Origin: an uncultured Eudoraea sp.
Lineage (GTDB): Bacteria > Bacteroidota > Bacteroidia > Flavobacteriales > Flavobacteriaceae
Assembly (NCBI RefSeq): GCF_947260015.1
Contig: NZ_CAMYOM010000013.1
Coordinates: 29,173 to 93,172, forward strand
Length of the DNA stretch: 64,000 nt
Direction of reading: 5' to 3'
Part shown: positions 59,141-64,000 of the stretch, piece by piece
Layout: each line of letters opens with the position of its first letter
How positions within the stretch are numbered: position 1 is the stretch's first letter
Program-made: the position numbers and the translations under genes
Notes under the pieces: generated by a model
Told to the model about the DNA's origin: nothing
Database searches by the model: none
The model's input: only the letters and a program-made list of their open reading frames with translations

Positions 59141-60253
59141 ATGAAGTATTATATTATCGCCGGGGAAGCATCCGGGGATTTGCATGGATCAAATCTTATT
59201 AAAGCAATTCTTGCTAAAGACACCAATGCCGAAATCCGTTGTTGGGGCGGCGATCAAATGCAAAAAGCCGGTGGTACTCTTGTAAAGCATTATAAGGAGA
59301 TGGCTTTTATGGGGTTTATGGAAGTAATTGCCAACTTAAACACCATATTTAAAAGTATTAAATTCTGCAAGGAAGATATTAAATCTTATAATCCGGATGT
59401 CATTATTTTTATTGATTATTCAGGTTTTAATTTGAGGATTGCAAGCTGGGCCAAGGAACACAAATACCGTACTAATTACTATATTTCACCTCAAATATGG
59501 GCTTCAAGGGAAGGGCGTATCAAAAATATCAAAAGAGATATTGATGCAATGTATGTCATTCTGCCATTTGAAAAAGAGTTTTATGAAAAGAAACACAACT
59601 ACCCGGTAAGTTTTGTAGGGCATCCATTAATTGATGCCATAGGGCAAATAGATATTGGTAATGAGCAAGAATTTAGAAATGAACATAATCTGGACCCTAA
59701 TAAACCAATCATTGCCCTCCTTCCCGGTAGCCGAAAGCAGGAGGTTCAACAAATGCTTGGCCTGATGTTAAAGATTACACCTTCGTTTTCAGATTATCAA
59801 TTTGTAATTGCAGGGGCTCCGAGCCTGGAGTTTGATTTCTATTCAGAATTCTTAAAAAATTATAATGTAAGTATTGTTTTTAACAGTTCCTACGAGTTGT
59901 TGAGCCATTCACATGCTGCTCTGGTAACCAGTGGTACCGCTACCCTTGAAACGGCATTATTAAAAGTCCCGCAGGTTGTCTGCTACAAAGGCAACTGGGT
60001 TTCCTATCAGATTGCCAAACGAATAATTACCTTGGATTATATTTCACTGGTTAATTTGATTATGGGCCAAGAAGTAGTAAAAGAACTGATTCAGGCAGAT
60101 TTGACAACAAAAAACCTGAAGCAGGAGTTAACCAAAATCCTGGATGGTCCCACACGCGAAGCACAATTAAATGCCTATAAAGAGTTAGAAAAAAAGCTTG
60201 GCGGGAAAGGTGCAAGTGACAAAGCTGCTGCACTTATTATAGAAAATGCTTAA
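59141..60253 (+). CDS. lpxB: Lipid-A-disaccharide synthase
   Basis: N-terminus MKYYIIAGEASGDLHG, then YISPQIWASR and GTATLE blocks. The start is taken at the ATG at 59141. Confidence 0.9.
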   Translation: MKYYIIAGEASGDLHGSNLIKAILAKDTNAEIRCWGGDQMQKAGGTLVKHYKEMAFMGFMEVIANLNTIFKSIKFCKEDIKSYNPDVIIFIDYSGFNLRIASWAKEHKYRTNYYISPQIWASREGRIKNIKRDIDAMYVILPFEKEFYEKKHNYPVSFVGHPLIDAIGQIDIGNEQEFRNEHNLDPNKPIIALLPGSRKQEVQQMLGLMLKITPSFSDYQFVIAGAPSLEFDFYSEFLKNYNVSIVFNSSYELLSHSHAALVTSGTATLETALLKVPQVVCYKGNWVSYQIAKRIITLDYISLVNLIMGQEVVKELIQADLTTKNLKQELTKILDGPTREAQLNAYKELEKKLGGKGASDKAAALIIENA

Positions 60254-60286
60254 TTTTAGTTTCTGGTAGATCATTTATATCCCGGG

Positions 60287-60844
60287 ATGAATAGAAAGAT
60301 TTTTGTTTTTTTTATCAGTATACTCCTAACCGGATGTGGTATCGTAAAAAAGAAAACCACTTATGGTAAAGAACGGACCATTACTGTTGCGGCATCAGAA
60401 AAAGACAGTTTAGCCAAAGCTGAAAAAATTCCTGATTCTAAAGTAACTGTCGTTGTCCTCGAAAAAGCTGATCTGATTATCAATACCGCTATGGCTTACT
60501 CCGGTGTTCGATATAAGTATGGTGGAACCACAAAAAAGGGTATGGATTGTTCCGGCCTTCTTTATGTTTCTTTTGGAGAAAACGATATTCCTTTGCCCAG
60601 GGTATCATCTCAAATGGCGGACGAGGGTAAGAATATTAAATTAAAAAAAGTCACCAAAGGTGACCTTTTGTTCTTCAAAACCAGTAAAAGAGGAAAAAAA
60701 ATCAATCATGTCGGACTGGTTGTTGACGTAGATGGACGTGATATCAAATTTATCCACGCTACTTCTTCAAGGGGGGTCATTGTTTCTTCTTTACAAGAAG
60801 GATTCTGGAACTATGCTTTCGTTAAAGCGACCAGAGTTCTATGA
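60287..60844 (+). CDS. NlpC/P60 (C40) family peptidoglycan peptidase lipoprotein
   Basis: Lipoprotein signal LLTGCG. YKYGGTTKKGMDCSGL (catalytic Cys) and INHVGLV (catalytic His). Confidence 0.85.
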   Translation: MNRKIFVFFISILLTGCGIVKKKTTYGKERTITVAASEKDSLAKAEKIPDSKVTVVVLEKADLIINTAMAYSGVRYKYGGTTKKGMDCSGLLYVSFGENDIPLPRVSSQMADEGKNIKLKKVTKGDLLFFKTSKRGKKINHVGLVVDVDGRDIKFIHATSSRGVIVSSLQEGFWNYAFVKATRVL

Positions 60845-60973
60845 TTGCAAACCACTAATTCTGTCGTATTGGTTTATCTGAATACTTCATTTCAATTTAA
60901 TCTTGTTAACTGAACTTAACATTCAGTACCCTATACTACTTTAATAGCTTGTAGAATTAACCTGATAAACTCC

Positions 60974-62998
60974 ATGAAGCTATTGGATTTTATCCCGGTA
61001 AAGCTAACTCTATTTTTGATTTTCGGGATACTGATAGGGTATTATAACAATATTTCCCTTTTGTTATCGACAGGACTTACCGGTGGGTTCATAGTTTTAC
61101 TGGGTATATCGTGGACGCGGAAAACCATGCTGGATAATCTGCCATTCGGTTTCCTTTTCCCATTGTGCACAATTGGTCTGGGCATGGTCTCCGTGGCACT
61201 TACTTTACCCGATAACAATTCAAAACATTACACGAACTTTAAGCTTCCAAATCAACAATATTTACATCTTAAAATCAATGAGATTCTCAAACCCAATAGC
61301 TATAATGAACGCTATATAGCTGATGTAATTGAGATCGATGGTGTACCAGCAAATGGAAGGATTCTCATTAGTAGTAAAAAAGACACGCTTAAGGACAAAT
61401 TCCGAGTAGATGAAGAAATTTATACCTTCAATCCAGTTGAAAAAATTAGTCTGTCCCTTAATCCATATGGATTTAATTATGCCGATTATCTTAAAAAATT
61501 GGGGGTTCTCCATCAACTTAAATTAAACAGTCGGGATTATTTAATTAAAAAGAACGCTTCTTTAACTCTATTGGGTCTCACTGCGGCCATAAGACGCAAA
61601 ATTATATCAGGTTTAGGCAAGTCTGATTATGGAAGAGAGGAGCTTGGAATTATCCAGGCCCTACTTCTCGGACAACGCAATGAAATTAGCAAGGAAACTT
61701 ACAAGAATTATAAGAATGCAGGAGCTGTGCATATCCTGGCCGTTTCGGGATTGCATATTGGAATAGTATTATTACTATGTCAATTTCTGCTAAAACCTCT
61801 GGAACGTTTACCCAGGGGAAAGATTCTCGTCTTGATACTTACGGTGATTCTTCTCTGGGGATATGCCCTGCTGGCTGGTTTATCACCTTCTGTGATAAGA
61901 GCCGTTAGTATGTTTTCTTTTGTTGCCTATGCCATGTACCTGAACCGGCCCACCAGTACATTTAATATCCTGGCATTATCCATGTTTTTTATTCTGTTGA
62001 TCTATGACCCTATGTTACTTTTTCAAGTGGGGTTTCAATTGAGCTATGCAGCAGTATTTTCAATTTTTTGGTTGTTTCCCATGTTACAAGACCTCTGGAA
62101 TCCAGAAAATGTGATTTTTAAAAAATGTTGGCAATTGGTATCAATTTCCTTAGCCGCTCAAATTGGGGTCCTACCCCTTAGCCTTTTCTATTTTCACCAG
62201 TTCCCCGGATTATTTTTTATCTCAAATCTGTTAATTGTACCATTCTTAGGTTTAATTCTGGGAATAGGTTTTCTGATCATAGCCCTTATGCTAGTAGATA
62301 TCCTTCCAAATAGTTTATCCATACTATACAATAAGCTTATATCCCTGATGAATAAAGTTGTTGAATGGGTAGCCCAACAGGAATCCTTTATTTTCACGGA
62401 TATTCCCTTTGATTTTTTACAGCTTGTATTGAGCTATCTACTCATTTTTACTGTGATATTTAGTCTTATCGAGAAGAAATTTAAAAACATACTGACGGCA
62501 GCTTTATGCATTATAGCCTTGCAATTATGGCTTATTTCTTCCACAGTAAAAAAAGGCAGGGAACAAAAAATTATCGTTTTACATAAAATTGGCACCTCGG
62601 CACTTCTATATAAAAATGGTAATTATTTAGATGTAAATTGCTTAGATTCTGTTGCGGTGATAAGCTTAGTTAAAAATATCATGGTAGAAGAAAACATCAA
62701 AAAAGTTAACTACAAAACGCTACAAAACAGCTATCACTTAAAGGGTCAAAATCTGTTAATATTGAATAAGCCTGAAATTATCTTACAAAAATTTCAGAAA
62801 ACCGATTATGTTATCCTTGGAAATTCGCCTAAAATAAATCTTAACCGCTTCCTGGACTCTATTAAACCAAAAAGCATTGTAGCAGATGGAAGCAATTATA
62901 AAAGTGATATCCCAAGGTGGAAAAAATCGTGTTCAGACAGAAAACTGCCATTTTATTATACCGGTGAAAAAGGAGCGTTTATCTTAGAAATAGAATAA
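60974..62998 (+). CDS. comEC: ComEC/Rec2-family DNA internalisation channel protein
   Basis: Polytopic protein with the competence-domain block NAGAVHILAVSGLHIG and the following TM bundle. No obvious C-terminal metallo-beta-lactamase motif. Confidence 0.8.
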   Translation: MKLLDFIPVKLTLFLIFGILIGYYNNISLLLSTGLTGGFIVLLGISWTRKTMLDNLPFGFLFPLCTIGLGMVSVALTLPDNNSKHYTNFKLPNQQYLHLKINEILKPNSYNERYIADVIEIDGVPANGRILISSKKDTLKDKFRVDEEIYTFNPVEKISLSLNPYGFNYADYLKKLGVLHQLKLNSRDYLIKKNASLTLLGLTAAIRRKIISGLGKSDYGREELGIIQALLLGQRNEISKETYKNYKNAGAVHILAVSGLHIGIVLLLCQFLLKPLERLPRGKILVLILTVILLWGYALLAGLSPSVIRAVSMFSFVAYAMYLNRPTSTFNILALSMFFILLIYDPMLLFQVGFQLSYAAVFSIFWLFPMLQDLWNPENVIFKKCWQLVSISLAAQIGVLPLSLFYFHQFPGLFFISNLLIVPFLGLILGIGFLIIALMLVDILPNSLSILYNKLISLMNKVVEWVAQQESFIFTDIPFDFLQLVLSYLLIFTVIFSLIEKKFKNILTAALCIIALQLWLISSTVKKGREQKIIVLHKIGTSALLYKNGNYLDVNCLDSVAVISLVKNIMVEENIKKVNYKTLQNSYHLKGQNLLILNKPEIILQKFQKTDYVILGNSPKINLNRFLDSIKPKSIVADGSNYKSDIPRWKKSCSDRKLPFYYTGEKGAFILEIE

Positions 62999-62999
62999 A

Positions 63000-64000
63000 T
63001 CAGCGCACTCCGTGCATAAGTCTTTTTAAAACCGGATTTAGTAATATAGCAATAAAACCAAAAGTAATAGGCACCAGGGTAAACATTAAAAAGAACGTGC
63101 TTAAAGAATACTGCTCAGAAATTTTATCTATCATTCCCCCCATAGTTCCAGCAGCTTTTTGTCCTATGGCTATTGCAAGATACCAAATACCAAACATAAA
63201 TCCGATCATTCTGGCCGGCACCAGTTTACTCAAATAAGATAAACCTACAGGTGAAAGACATAATTCTCCCATCGTATGAAGCAAATAGGCCAAAATAAGA
63301 AAAATCATACTTACAGAAGCCGTTTTTGACCCGGGTGTAATTCCTGCTGAGCCATAAGATAAAATGGCAAATCCAAGACCTAAAAGAATTAATCCCAGAC
63401 CGTATTTCATAGCAGCACTCGGATTGTACTTGCTTTCCCACCATCGTGAAAACATAGGAGCCAGGGTTATTATAAAAAAGGAGTTTAGAATTCCAAACCA
63501 GGATGCATCTATCTGATTTCCCTCTTGTGAAAATTTGTCAATCAACCTATAAATGACCAAACTCCAAATCCCAATAAATGCCAATCCTAATACAATATTT
63601 GATAAGCCAATTCTGGAATATGTTTTTTTAAATAACAGATATAAAACCCATGTAATAATTATGAGAGGTACAGTTGTAAGTAAGGCATCCACCACTTTGA
63701 AAATCATTGCCGAAGAGCCCACCAAATTTCTATTGGTGTAATCTCTTGCAAAGAGGGTCATAGATCCTAACGCCTGTTCAAAGGCTGCAAAGAAAATTAC
63801 AGTAAATATCCCAAAGAAAACAACAGCAATAATCCGGTCTCTTACCAAAGGAATATATCTTGAAATCCTTGAGACAAGAAGAATAAGGAACAAAACTAGT
63901 GCAAAGAGTACTACAAAATTTGAACCTGATAATCCCCAAATATCGAAAGGCAATAAATTATCCCCACTTATCTTCTCAATTGGATCATTAAAGAGATAGA
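63000..64000 (-). CDS. Proton-dependent oligopeptide transporter (POT/PTR2 family), C-terminal part; gene continues past the window end
   Basis: MFS-type helices typical of the DtpT C-terminal half. The reading frame stays open from 63953 to position 64000, so the track's TTG start is not the real start. Confidence 0.75.
   Translation of the reverse strand, partial: YLFNDPIEKISGDNLLPFDIWGLSGSNFVVLFALVLFLILLVSRISRYIPLVRDRIIAVVFFGIFTVIFFAAFEQALGSMTLFARDYTNRNLVGSSAMIFKVVDALLTTVPLIIITWVLYLLFKKTYSRIGLSNIVLGLAFIGIWSLVIYRLIDKFSQEGNQIDASWFGILNSFFIITLAPMFSRWWESKYNPSAAMKYGLGLILLGLGFAILSYGSAGITPGSKTASVSMIFLILAYLLHTMGELCLSPVGLSYLSKLVPARMIGFMFGIWYLAIAIGQKAAGTMGGMIDKISEQYSLSTFFLMFTLVPITFGFIAILLNPVLKRLMHGVR

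Overview
Densely coded, low-GC chromosomal segment of about 65 genes. It is almost certainly from a Bacteroidota / Flavobacteriaceae-type genome, because it carries the gldK-gldL-gldM-gldN gliding/T9SS core, TAnnTTTG-type -7 promoter boxes and mostly SD-less starts.

Gene content from left to right:
- 1-7.2 kb: a set of small accessory genes (DUF3179 lipoprotein, DinB, two tandem GNATs, HXXEE membrane protein, RidA, VOC/glyoxalase, glycine-zipper protein). It also holds hairpin-rich repeats and one decayed chimeric pseudogene.
- 7.3-13.7 kb: a MarR-headed RND efflux operon (MFP, AcrB-like permease, TolC-like protein, small CPXCG protein).
- 13.9-18.4 kb: a plant-type LRR protein, an ABC-F ATPase, a DUF983 protein and an FAD oxidoreductase.
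- 18.4-26.9 kb: gldNMLK, a degenerate arginase-fold gene and topA.
- 27-35 kb: an LVIVD lipoprotein, miaB, a sigma-54 activator, lptE, secG and groES/groEL.
- 35.8-45.7 kb: a six-gene minus-strand copper/silver efflux island (cusB-like, copA, DUF3347, TolC-like, oversized cusA, H-Y-C/C-C/P-P protein).
- 45.8-64 kb: housekeeping genes (GAF/fRMsr-like, purH, mreBCD-mrdA-rodA, secreted nuclease, msrB/msrA, S41 protease, surE, lpxB, NlpC/P60, comEC, and a POT transporter cut by the window end).

I found no rRNA, tRNA, CRISPR array or intact mobile element.

I do not see a convincing new multi-gene system such as a defence or toxin module. The observations most worth a second look are:
- the uncharacterised Cys/Met/acidic-rich accessory proteins and the extra-TM cusA in the copper island;
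- a perfect 62-bp tandem duplication that duplicates the gldL start codon;
- an arginase-fold protein next to gldK that appears to have lost metal ligands;
- a modular hairpin repeat family flanking the DUF3179 gene;
- a chimeric symporter/aldolase-like pseudogene remnant.

All functional calls come from reading the translated ORFs for motifs by eye. No database search was run.
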